Below, piece after piece: positions 24,206 to 34,889 of a stretch of 64,000 nucleotides of DNA. The DNA is from Azolla caroliniana (lineage: Eukaryota; Plantae; Polypodiophyta), in NCBI GenBank assembly GCA_043228905.1, contig JBHGNT010000015.1, positions 2,046,001-2,110,000 on the forward strand, in the 5' to 3' direction. Numbering within the stretch: position 1 is the first letter of the stretch; each line of letters begins with the position of its first letter. Both the position numbers and the translations under genes were made by a program. The notes beneath the pieces were generated by a model. It searched no databases and was not told the DNA's origin. It was given only the letters and a program-made list of their open reading frames with translations.

Positions 24206-27200
24206 ACGTTGTCGTATTAATCTGCACTTGCATGTCGGATCCGGGTGGGACCACCGGAGTCATGGACTAGGAAGGGAGGAGTTGACGGGAACCAGAATCC
24301 TTCGCAGCTTTATGCGTTGCTGGCCCGTTCGATCTCGGATACTCTACGGACGCGAACGGTAACTGCACAGGAAGTGAGAGAGTGCGCCCTTGTTCTTGCC
24401 GCCCCTTTCGTCCGTATATACAAGGGGCCCAAAAGAGGCTCGGGACACGGCCCGATTAACCGCGCCCGCGGCCATGCACACACACACACATACACATCCA
24501 GTTACGACCGACACCTCTACACCGGCGACCACGCACACACCCTCTCTCGTATCCTACGCAAACCAGAAACACACACACATACACATGCGAAGCTCGCTAC
24601 GACACCAGTTCCACATGGAGAGAAAGAGAGAGCCTGCATCCTAGGGCCGGTTGGGGAGCTCGCGGGCTCGTTCGCGCGACGGGTTGAGGGAGTGCACGGG
24701 CTCGCTAAACCGAGTTGGGTCTTGTGCGCCAAGGAGGGAAACCTGCCAACAAACCACCTAGCATGCGGGCTGTTCACAAGCAACAGAAGCCAACACCCAC
24801 ATACACATAGACATACCAGACCGTGGAGGGCTAAGAGCCAACAAACAGGAACTCAGGGAAGGCGTAGACAACCCGCATGCCGCTAACCACAACAGAACAC
24901 ACCCCCTACGCACGCACATAGATGGCACCGAAACTCTAACAGAAAAATAGAGACAACACACACACCAAGATGAAGAGAAGACACAAATAGACGTTATACA
25001 CAAAAGTTTATTAACACCAAAAATGGAACCCACAAAGGGAAACAATGAGGAACAAAACTATTTGGGACCCAACGGGTGGGAACCCTTATACCAGAAGCGC
25101 GCCCTCCCTTTTATAGAACAAGGTGAGGGCCGCGTGATCATGGGGGATAAATCCCGTGATACATGGGATTCGTTGTCCCGACTTGACTCCTACTCGGCGC
25201 CATAAAGGCACCCCTATTATTCACACGTTTTTACAAGGTTAAGTGCATATGATGCACTCGCCGATTCTTCCGATATTCCCCGGTTTCTCACTATGGCCTG
25301 GAAGCTTCACGACATCCGCCCCCATTAAACTGCACATCCACCGGTACGTGCCAAGTTCGGAGAAGTGGGAAAGATTCCAGCCGGTGAGAAACCAGTCTTC
25401 CGTAATCCGCATTTTGGCTGCCACGTTGGCCTCGCCGGTCCGAACCGTCGGCTTCGGTTCCCTTTCCACGTTTGCCTCCCTATAGGCACGCTCGACCCGT
25501 CGATAGGTCATTCGCCACGATCCCGTAGTGTGCGTGCCTCCCCATTGGCCCTTCTTTCTTGCACGCACGCTTCTCGTTCCTTCGGATACGCGGTGTCCTC
25601 CATCCGAGGAGCACCTGTGATGGCCCACTTGGCCTCCATCAATCTTTGCATCGTCCTGGTTCCCGTTCCGCGCTGATCTCCACCACCTTCGTCCCCTCGC
25701 AACCACTTACCTTCTATTTGTTCTTACGTTGCCACAGCAGCCAAACTGCCAAAGTCTCCAAAACTAGTGTGGAGGATCCCTCTCTAGCCTTCTACGCGAG
25801 ATCACCTGAACTAGCAACCCATCTTCGCGCCTGTATTCCCGCTATGGCACCTCCGTGTACCGTGCATCCCCCTTCTCGTGTTCGGCTGCACTCGTGCCGA
25901 ACTTCGGTTACTTCCCATGCACGCGTCGTTGGCCTTCGCCCGACCAGATCGTGCATCGCCGCTTCTCCGCATACTGGTGTCCTCCACGTCCGAGGAACAC
26001 CCCGTAGTAACCCGCTTGGCCACTTTCGTCTTACACTACTGCCACCGGTTTGGAGCCTTCTGCTTGGCGTCGTCCCCTCGCCCCCACTAGCTTGTTATCT
26101 TGGGTTTGGCCTACCATGCTAGTCGTTGCCATTGCGACTAAGCAGGTGTGGAGGATCCTTCTCCGGCCCTAGATCTTGTTTTCGGTATCCATCCCGCGTA
26201 GTCCGTTTACGCGCGCCCGTGTTCTCGTTCCCGACACCGCCGGGTGCCGTCTTCCGCCTTCTTTGTTTGGCACCGTCTGTGCCGAACACCGTCCCGTACC
26301 CCTGCTTTTACTTTGGCCCTCGATGGCCATGTGCATGTCTCCCGTTTTGCTTTCAGGTGTGCCCCTTCCCTGCTTGACACACCGCTCCTTAACCAGGTGT
26401 CCTTGGCAGCTTACCAAAAGATCACCCTTGTCGCGTTCCGGCCCGCATGGCCTCCTTCGTTTACGTAACGCCTTGGCTGGTCAGTGCCTCTACTGTTGCC
26501 ACCTTCGTCCCCTTGCCACCACCTTTGATTACCCTCGGTCTCACGTTGCCATGTCGGACGAACTGCCAGGTTCTCCGGACAGATGTGAAGGATCTTTCTT
26601 GGGCCTCCGATTCGTGTACCAAGCGTGTCTAATCTTTGTCTTGTCGACTCTCCGGGTCGGGTTCGTGGCCGCCTCGCCGACCTCATGCCTCCTTTCGCTT
26701 TGCTTTCCGTCGTCCGATCACGTTCTCCTACAGCCACCGTCCTTCTCTCTAGGTCTCACGCTAGCTCTCGGGCTGACCGCCGGAGTCCTTAGAACCGGTG
26801 TGAGTGACTTCGTGGGACCTCCCCTTTTTCCGTCTCGCTCCAGCCCTTCTGCCTAATCCTATTCACCTGCCGCCACCGTCCATCTCTCTAGGTCTCACAC
26901 CGGCTCTCGTCGCCGGCTGCCAGAGTCTCCAGATCGGTGTGAGGATCGCCCCATCCGCACTCCTATGTCGTAGTCCCGACCTCTTCGTCGGCCTCTTCAG
27001 CTAGTCTCGTTTACATGCCGCCACCGCTCTTTCCTATAGGACTCACGCCGGCACTCGGGCCGACCGCCGGATCGGTGTGAGGATCTCCGTAGACCGCCCA
27101 TCTGCGGTCCCTTACCTTCGTCCCCTTGCCGCCACCATTTGTCACTCTAGGGCCGACCGCTGGAGTCTTTAGAACCGGTGTGAAGGATCCTCCTAGGGCT

Positions 27201-27798
27201 CGTTGTATCTCAAACCCTTATCTCGGGTCGTCTTTCTCCGCAAGTCGAGAGGGTGGCTCGCTCCACACCCTCTCCCGTTGTCGTGAAGATTTTCGTCCAT
27301 AGGCGGAAACCGGGGTGGAATAGGCAAATCGGCGGTGTGCACCATGTGCACATGTATACTAGGAAATGGTGTATAGAAATAAGAGGGGAAATTCTATCCC
27401 ACATTGTAAGGTCCCTCCCTCCTTGGGCTATAAAAGGAAGGGAGGGATCACTTATGAGTGGTTGCCTATTTTGAGGGAGAGAGCATACCACTTAGGTCGA
27501 GGGTTTCCTATTCGGTTTTAGGGTTTCGATTTGGGTTTTCTTCTTGGGTTTTCCTTTAGGGTTTTTGATATAGTCGTTTGGTGCGGCCATGGCGGTCACC
27601 ATTGTAAAGTGTTTGTTTCCCTTAAGCTAACTTGTTGAGCATCTTGCCCGTCTATTCTACGTTATTGTCTTATTCTTTCTCACCTCCTCTTGAGCTAAGC
27701 TTCCATTTTGTGTCTTATTCTTTCTCCTCCACTCCCTAGTCCAAGACCCCCGTGGTCCCACCCCTTCTACACGCACGTGCGTAACAACGCGACATCTT

Positions 27799-27815
27799 TG
27801 GTGAACCTGACGTGA
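27799..27815 (+). promoter_or_regulatory. PBS, tRNA-Trp
   Basis: TGGTGAACCTGACGTGA 4 nt after the LTR. The B copy (32921-32937, minus) reads TGGTGAACCCGACGTGA, the complement of the plant tRNA-Trp 3' end. Confidence 0.85.
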
Positions 27816-27831
27816 AGGGCGGCAAGGGAGC

Positions 27832-30800
27832 ATGGAGATGGAAGAAGACTTCGACTTCGAGGAGATGATGGCAAAAATCGTGATAGAAGCCGGACGGAAG
27901 ATGGCGAAGCGAGATGCGGCTCAACAAGCCGTTGAAAGGGTGGTCGATCGAGTTGGCCGGTTCAATGGGAATGAGGTCCTAAAAATTTTGGGAGCCTACA
28001 AGGCCGAGATGGCGAAAGGGGGCGTAGACGAGGCGATGCGGCTAGAGTATTTTCCTCGAGTGGCGGCCGTATCGGTGCACAAGGAGGTCAAGGAGCTACG
28101 AGAAGCTCATGAGTCGTGGGTGTCCTTTGAGGGAGCCCTATTGGAGGCGTACGGGTACACGGAACCGGAAGGAAGAGGTCGACATGAGTTCGATCGGTGG
28201 GTGTGCCGGCAACATGATGCGAGGCGGTTGGCCACAACACGGCCCGCGAGCGGCGGAGAAGAAAGAACGGCGAGTGAGTACGCACTACCGCCGAAAGAGA
28301 GCTCAACGCAAAACGGTTCAGAGGAGCTCGACCTAGAGGTGCTAATACGGGAGGCATGCGAGCTTGTGAAGGCGAAAATTGGAGCCAAAGAAGGGCTTGT
28401 TATGGAGTCGGGCCGGAGGCGATCAGAGGATGCGGACGATGAAGCCTCCCTAGACGTAGAAGACGGGGCCTATACGGAGGCCGAAAGAGCGTACGACGGC
28501 AACATGGGAGAGGGTGTGGAGCAAGCGACCCTCTTGCCTTGCGGTGAAGGGACGACCATGGAGGCCGGTAACTACGGATTTGGGACATGGCGGCCCAAAA
28601 CATCGAGTGGGGAGGAGACAAGCGGCAGTGCCGCAACCTTACACACACCGGTCCTAGAGACTCCGGCATCCGGCCCGAGAGCCGGTGTGAGACCTAGAGT
28701 GACAGACGGTGGCGGTGGCAAGGCGGGCAACCGAGACGACGGCATGCAAGAGACGGTGGCAAGCGTAATCAAGGCTTGCGCGATTGGAGGCGGGGTAGCC
28801 ACGGATAACGACGTCTCGATGGAGGCGGCTACGGAGACAACGAGCGGCGGTGCCGCGGCCTTACGCAAACCAGCCCTAGAGGCTTCGGCGGTCAGCCCGA
28901 GTGCCGGCGTGAGACCTAGAGCGACGGGCGGTGGCGGCGGCAAGGCAGGCAACCGAGACGAGGACAAGGACGAGGAGGTAGCAAGCATAACCGAGGCTTG
29001 CGTAACCGGGGACGAGATAGCCACGGACCACGGCGTCCGAACGAAGGTGGCTACAAACATGACATCGGCGAGTGATGGTACCGAGACTTTTCCCACACCT
29101 ATTCTAGAGACTTCGGCGGTTGGCGCCGAGAGCCCACGTGAGACCGGAGAGACGGAAGGTGGCAGCGGCAAAGCGGGTGACCGAAATGACAACGAGGGAG
29201 ATGGGAGCGGACGGAGGCATGACCCCTCGACACCAGGGCCAGAGACTACAGCGGTTGCGCTCGAATGCCAACATAAGACCGGAGAGAAGGACGGTGGCCG
29301 TGAGGAGGCATGGCCCGGAGCAAACACGTGCGAAGATGAGGATGCGAGGCCCGTAACGGGGATATACAAGAGGACTGACAGAGAGGTCGGGAATGGCAAG
29401 GAGGAGAGAATCGGGAACCGACCCGACTGGAAAATGAACCGGTCAATAATCCGACACGACCGGAAGACGAGGCGGAAGAAGATTGGAGCGGGGTCCGGTC
29501 AACCGGGCCCGAACCGAAGAAGAGTCGGCAAGGCCGGATTTGTGCGGACAAACATGTATCGGCCGGTTACAATTACGAAAGGGAGCCGACCAAACCGGAA
29601 CTTGATCGGCCGAGACCGATCCGGGCGAAGGCTAAGTCGGCATGATTGGAGGTCGAGGCGAAAGGGCCACAACACCCGGTGCGAGCCGGTGAGCGCGAGA
29701 AGGAGGCTAACCGGGCACGGTGATTACGGCTTGGCAGAAGACCGAGAGCAAGAGGAACCCTCCACACCTATTCTTGAGACTTCGGCGGTTGCAGATCAAC
29801 ATAAGACCGAAGAGACAACGGGTGGCGGTGAGGAGTCGGAGACTAGAACGGACGAGGCTACCGAAACAGGTACCCGGTGCGTGAAGACGGACGAGCATGG
29901 CCCAGATGGCAAGCCGGAGTCGGAAGGGGCTATGGCAACAAAGGACGAAGAGACCGACGCGGGGGTCGGGTCTACGACGGATGAGGCGCGTAATACGAAG
30001 TATGCACTACGGCGTAAAACGGAGCATGCACTACGGACGGCAAAGGGCCAAGAAGCAAGCATGCACCCGGAAGAGCGGCAACGAGTGACCGGCAACAGCG
30101 GACAGGTCGAGCCTTTGAGAGACAAGCACGTAGCAAGAAACGGAGCGGTGAGTTTCCGGGATTGGCGGATGAACGACGAGAGCGAAGGATGGTGCGCGGA
30201 GAACAACGGGGTACACACCGGGAAGAGAAGACGCGGCGGCTTCCCGAAGGGCATGCAAAGCCAAGCGGGCCAAGAGGGCGCAAGTCGAGGCGAGGCGGTA
30301 ACGAGAGCCTCGAGGGACACCGACACGGAGGCCGGGATGACGGTACGCTCTACGACGAGAGAGCACGACGGGCAAAGGAAAGGCAAGGAACGCGGAATGG
30401 GGTCGCCTAAGGGCAAAAGAATGAGCGCATATTCGGGGGACAAGATCGGCGCACGAGAAGAGCCTATGGAAGGCAAGCGCGGAGCAGGAAGAGTCGACAC
30501 GCCAAGGTGTTCGGCATACGGAGACGATAAAACCAAAGGAGGAACATACGTAACACGGAAAGGGCGGAATCCGGAGTGGGATCGGAGAGATCGGGAGCGC
30601 ACCCAGAGGACATGCGAGCCTTTGCGAGGAATGCACGCGGGGAGAGATGGAGCGGTGAGGTGCCGGTATCAGCGGATGATCGGCGAGCATGGAAGGCTAT
30701 GTCTTCAGAACCGAAGGAGGTGCGTGGAGAGCAACAGGCTACGCACCGCGAAGAGGAAGCGCGGCGTCCCGGAAGGCATGCGAGGCCAAGCGGGCCAAGA

Positions 30801-31686
30801 GGACGAGAGTCAAGTTGAAGCGGTAACGGGAGTCGCGAAGGACACTAACATGGTGGTCGGGATGACGGTACGCTCTACGGCGAGAGAGCACGGTGAGCAA
30901 AGGAGAAACGAGGAGCGCGTAATGAGGTCGTCGAGGGACCAAAGAACGAGCGCATGTTCGGGAGACAACAAGGGCACACGGAAAGAGCCTACGGAAGGTG
31001 AGTGCGGAACAGAGGGAATCGGCACGAGGTGTTCGAGACGAAGAGAGGATCGAGCCGGAGATAGAACACAAGCGGTACGCAAGGGGAGGAATCCGGCGAG
31101 CAAACGGGGTGACCAAGGGCCTAATCGGGGGACCTACGTGGCGGACAAAGAAAGAGTGACCGGATCGGCAATGGCATTCAGGAGGACCGACCGGGGAGGA
31201 AGGCGCGTGCGGTGGATATGGCGGTTCGGATGGAATCGATGTTTCGGGGACACACGGTGGATGTGGTGGATCGGTTGGAGGCATCGGCTCAAGGACATGC
31301 GACGGATACGGTGGAACGGGATGCTACGACGGTTCGGGTGGAAGGGACGGGCGTGCTCGAAATGGAAAACGAAGCCGAGCAAGGCCAACGAGGACACGAC
31401 GGACCTCGGTTTTATAACCCTGGCCGAAAAATCTCACCTCTTCTCCTTTCTTGGCACATACCGGTGGATGTGCGGTTTGGTGGGGGCGGATGTCGTGAAG
31501 ATTTTTGTCCATAGGCGGAAACCGGGGTGGAATAGGCAAATCGGCGGTGTGCACCATGTGCACATGTATACTAGGAAATGGTGTATAGAAATAAGAGGGG
31601 AAATTCTATCCCACATTGTAAGGTCCCTCCCTCCTTGGGCTATAAAAGGAAGGGAGGGGTCACTTATGAGTGGTTGCCTATTTTGA
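27832..31686 (+). CDS. 1284-aa ORF: truncated Gag N-terminus followed by repetitive low-complexity sequence, ending in the 3' LTR
   Basis: ATG 17 nt after the PBS. Gag-like GRFNGNEV..W.SFE..L.EAY in the first 125 aa. Repeated TP.LET.A modules. Protein-level function is unproven. Confidence 0.55.
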   Translation: MEMEEDFDFEEMMAKIVIEAGRKMAKRDAAQQAVERVVDRVGRFNGNEVLKILGAYKAEMAKGGVDEAMRLEYFPRVAAVSVHKEVKELREAHESWVSFEGALLEAYGYTEPEGRGRHEFDRWVCRQHDARRLATTRPASGGEERTASEYALPPKESSTQNGSEELDLEVLIREACELVKAKIGAKEGLVMESGRRRSEDADDEASLDVEDGAYTEAERAYDGNMGEGVEQATLLPCGEGTTMEAGNYGFGTWRPKTSSGEETSGSAATLHTPVLETPASGPRAGVRPRVTDGGGGKAGNRDDGMQETVASVIKACAIGGGVATDNDVSMEAATETTSGGAAALRKPALEASAVSPSAGVRPRATGGGGGKAGNRDEDKDEEVASITEACVTGDEIATDHGVRTKVATNMTSASDGTETFPTPILETSAVGAESPRETGETEGGSGKAGDRNDNEGDGSGRRHDPSTPGPETTAVALECQHKTGEKDGGREEAWPGANTCEDEDARPVTGIYKRTDREVGNGKEERIGNRPDWKMNRSIIRHDRKTRRKKIGAGSGQPGPNRRRVGKAGFVRTNMYRPVTITKGSRPNRNLIGRDRSGRRLSRHDWRSRRKGHNTRCEPVSARRRLTGHGDYGLAEDREQEEPSTPILETSAVADQHKTEETTGGGEESETRTDEATETGTRCVKTDEHGPDGKPESEGAMATKDEETDAGVGSTTDEARNTKYALRRKTEHALRTAKGQEASMHPEERQRVTGNSGQVEPLRDKHVARNGAVSFRDWRMNDESEGWCAENNGVHTGKRRRGGFPKGMQSQAGQEGASRGEAVTRASRDTDTEAGMTVRSTTREHDGQRKGKERGMGSPKGKRMSAYSGDKIGAREEPMEGKRGAGRVDTPRCSAYGDDKTKGGTYVTRKGRNPEWDRRDRERTQRTCEPLRGMHAGRDGAVRCRYQRMIGEHGRLCLQNRRRCVESNRLRTAKRKRGVPEGMRGQAGQEDESQVEAVTGVAKDTNMVVGMTVRSTAREHGEQRRNEERVMRSSRDQRTSACSGDNKGTRKEPTEGECGTEGIGTRCSRRREDRAGDRTQAVRKGRNPASKRGDQGPNRGTYVADKERVTGSAMAFRRTDRGGRRVRWIWRFGWNRCFGDTRWMWWIGWRHRLKDMRRIRWNGMLRRFGWKGRACSKWKTKPSKANEDTTDLGFITLAEKSHLFSFLGTYRWMCGLVGADVVKIFVHRRKPGWNRQIGGVHHVHMYTRKWCIEIRGEILSHIVRSLPPWAIKGREGSLMSGCLF

Positions 31687-34106
31687 GGGAGAGAGGCATA
31701 TCACTTAGGTCGAGGGTTTCCTATTCGGTTTTAGGGTTTCGATTTGGGTTTTCTTCTTGGGTTTTCCTTTAGGGTTTTTGATATAGTCATTTGGTGCGGC
31801 CATGGCGGCCACCATTGTAAAGTGTTTGTTTTCCCTTAAGCTAACTTGTTGAGCATCTTGCCTATCTATTCTACGTTATTGTCTTATTCTTTCTCACCTC
31901 CTCTTGAGCTAAGCTTCCATTTTGTGTCTTATTCTTTCTCCTCCACTCCCTAGTCCAAGACCCCCGTGGTCCCGCCCCTTCTACACGCACGCGCGTAACA
32001 ACACGACACCGTGGTACCGACGTACCGTGTTCTCGGCCTCTCCGTAGGCCTGCTCTCTCCTCCCTCCCGGATCAGTTATCCGGAAGTCCGCTCCGCCCGG
32101 TTCTCGTCCGGGTCCGTCCATCTTCTCTGAATTGCCGAGTCTTGTTCTCCTGCCGCCATCGTCAGTATCTTGGTCTTACGTCGGGTCTGATGCCGATCGT
32201 TGGAGTCTCTAGTCCGGTGTGAGGTGACCCACAGGATGGGTCTTCGTTCTCCGCTTCATCCCTTGTACTTCTCCCAGACTCGTCGCCGCTCTCCTTGTTG
32301 TGCCCCTGCCTCCATCTTCCATCTCTTTCGGTTTCACATTGCCACGCCGGCAGAATTGCCGATTTTGTAACGATTCCCGACGACTCATACGGGGCCACTG
32401 ACTCTTTTAGTGGTATTGGTGGAAAGCATCCGCTCTATGATCAATCAAGCCCCGCCTGGGCTTGATTCTCCAATGTCCAGAGTTTCGGCTCTGATGCTGA
32501 TTCTGCCGGACTCAATCCGTACCCTCGATCATTTCCCCTTTGTTTCTCGACCTTCGTCCAATCGGTCTTTCTCCCCATGTAAAAGAGGGTGGCTCGTTCC
32601 GCACCCTCTCTCGTACCAGCACCGTCGTGCCCCGCTTGGCCTCCGGCTCGACCACGTTTGTCTCGTCTACACGCCCCCCTTCCTACTGTGATCTCGCGTC
32701 GTCGCGCGCCACCTTCGTTTCGCATCTGGGTGACCGTGCTTTGTGACTTGCTCGGAGCTCCTCCTCTTTATACTGGACGGTCGAGCCTTCGGTGAAACTC
32801 GCGGGACTCTGTCCCTGTTGTAACGGTCCACTTCTTCGACCTCGCCCATCTCGATGCGATGCTTCTCAACTCTCCTTCTCGAAGTCTTCGGCCTCGAACT
32901 CCATGCTCCCTTGCCGCCCTTCACGTCGGGTTCACCAAAGATGTCGCAGTAATCCGCGCTTGCATGTCGGATCCAGGTAGGACCACCAGGGTCATGGACC
33001 AAGAAGGGAGGATGGAGTTGCCGGGAACCCGAATCCTCTGGAGCTTGCCACATTGCCGGCCGGTTCGATCCCGAATACTCTCCGGACGCGACCGATAACT
33101 GCACAAGAAGTGAGAGAGTGCGCCCTTGTCCTTGCCGCCCCTTTCGCCCGTATGTATAAGGGGCCCAAAAGAGGCTCAGGACACGGCCCGATTAACCGTG
33201 CCCACGCACACACACACACACACATACACACCCGGTTACGACCGACACCTCTACACCGGCGACCACGCACACATCCTCTGTCGTATCCTACGCTAACCGG
33301 AAACATACACACACATATACATGCGACACTTGTTGTGACGCCAGTTCCACACGGAGAGGAAGAAGGAGTCTGCATCCTAGGGCCGGTCAGGGAGCTCTCG
33401 GGCTCGTTCACGCGACGAGACCCTCGTGTAGGGCACACCTCTTCTAGAACGACCACCTCCTGAGCCAACCCGCCTTCAGGGAGTGCACGGGCTCGCTGAA
33501 CTGAGTTGGGTTTTGTGCGCCAAGGAGGGAAACCTGCCAACAAACCACCTAGTGTGCGGGCTCGTCACAAGCAACAGAAGCCAACACCCACACACACACA
33601 GACATACCAGACCGTGGAGTGCTGAGAGCCAACAAACAAGAACTCAGGGAAGGCGCAAACAGCCCGCACACTGCTTGCCACAACCGAACACACCACCTAC
33701 GCACGCACACAGATGACACCGAAACCCTAACAGAAAAATAGAGACAACACACACACCAAGATGAAGAGAAGAAACAAATAGACGTTATACATAGAAGTTT
33801 ATTAACACCAAAAATGGAACCCACAAAGGGAAACAATGAGGAACAAAACTGTTTGGGACCCAACGGGTGGGAACCCCTATACCAGAAGCGCGCCCTCCCT
33901 TTTATAGAACAAGGTGAGGGCCGCGTGATCATGTGGGATAATTCCCGTGATACATGGGATTCGCTGTCCCGACTTGACTCCTACTCAGCGCCATAAAGGC
34001 ACCCCTATTACTCACACGTTTTTACAAGGTTAAGTGCACATGATGCAGTCCGCCAATTCTTCCGATATTCCTCGATTTTTCACTATGGCCCAGAAGCTTC
34101 CTGACA

Positions 34107-34885
34107 ACGTACTATACCTGAATGTTGTTTAGTCAAATATCATGTACATTTGTCCAATACGGTATTTAACGTATTTATAAAAAAACAGGTATAATACATA
34201 TTTATAAAGAAAATGTAAGTAGAACCCTAACAAAAAGCAAACGAAAAAAAAGATTTTAGTGAAAAAGAAGGCAAAGGAAGGAAGAAAGAAGAATAGAAGA
34301 AATGACGATGAAGAAGATAAAGAAGAAGAAGAAGAAGAAGAAGAGAGAAAAGAAGACATAAACCTGTCCTGAGTGTGATAATCGCCGTAGATAGAAGAAG
34401 AAGAAGAAGAAGAAGAAAACGAAGAAAGAGAAACCTATAATGAGTGTGATAATCATAGAGGATTCCTCAATCTATGAAGGCATAATTGTAAATAATTACA
34501 ATTTGAAGTAGAACATCGTGATACACACTTACACTGATTTATAGAACAAGGGAATGTCGACATCCATATTACTACAAGTATTTTAGGATGTGAAATGTTC
34601 AAATGTCTTATATGCATTTTAGGATATAGACCTATATTGTACATCACAAAATTGTGTAAACATAGATGTTTTTTACAATATTATAGATATTTTTTAGAAA
34701 GGTAAATAAATTTTCAAATTGTAAAAGTATTTAACGTACTATATGTAAAATACATATTTTACGTATTTTATAAGTATTTAACATATTAAGAAAACCTATT
34801 TACCATATTTTTAAATTGGGAGGTACTATACGGGTATTAATACGTTAAATACGTATGGTATCCATACCGTACCTAACAACCTTGG
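34107..34885. repeat. AT-rich repeat with (GAA)n tracts, possibly one end of a non-autonomous DNA element
   Basis: Recurrent TTAACGTATTT/AATACGT motifs, ending ACAACCTTGG. A similar-style segment starts CCATAGTTGT at 60571. Confidence 0.35.
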
Positions 34886-34889
34886 TTCG

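Larger units (their letters stand above)
27279..32008 (+). mobile_element. Non-autonomous Gypsy-derived element ('C'), LTRs 27279-27794 and 31491-32008
   Basis: TGTCG..CGACA LTR pair, highly similar. 4-bp TSD CCGT (27275-27278, 32009-32012). Trp PBS and PPT GGGGGCGGA. No PR/RT/INT motifs. Confidence 0.93.
24210..34106 (-). mobile_element. Non-autonomous Gypsy-derived element ('B'), LTRs 24210-25314 and 32942-34106, interrupted by element C
   Basis: Diverged LTR pair of about 1.1 kb. 4-bp TSD ACGT (24206-24209, 34107-34110). Trp PBS next to 32942 and PPT next to 25314. The interior has only a gag remnant and repeats. Confidence 0.88.

Noticed and set aside
24156-27491. Many 60-230 aa ORFs as host genes
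   Set aside because: They lie in GC-rich LTR or interior repeats of element B, occur on both strands, and have no domains.
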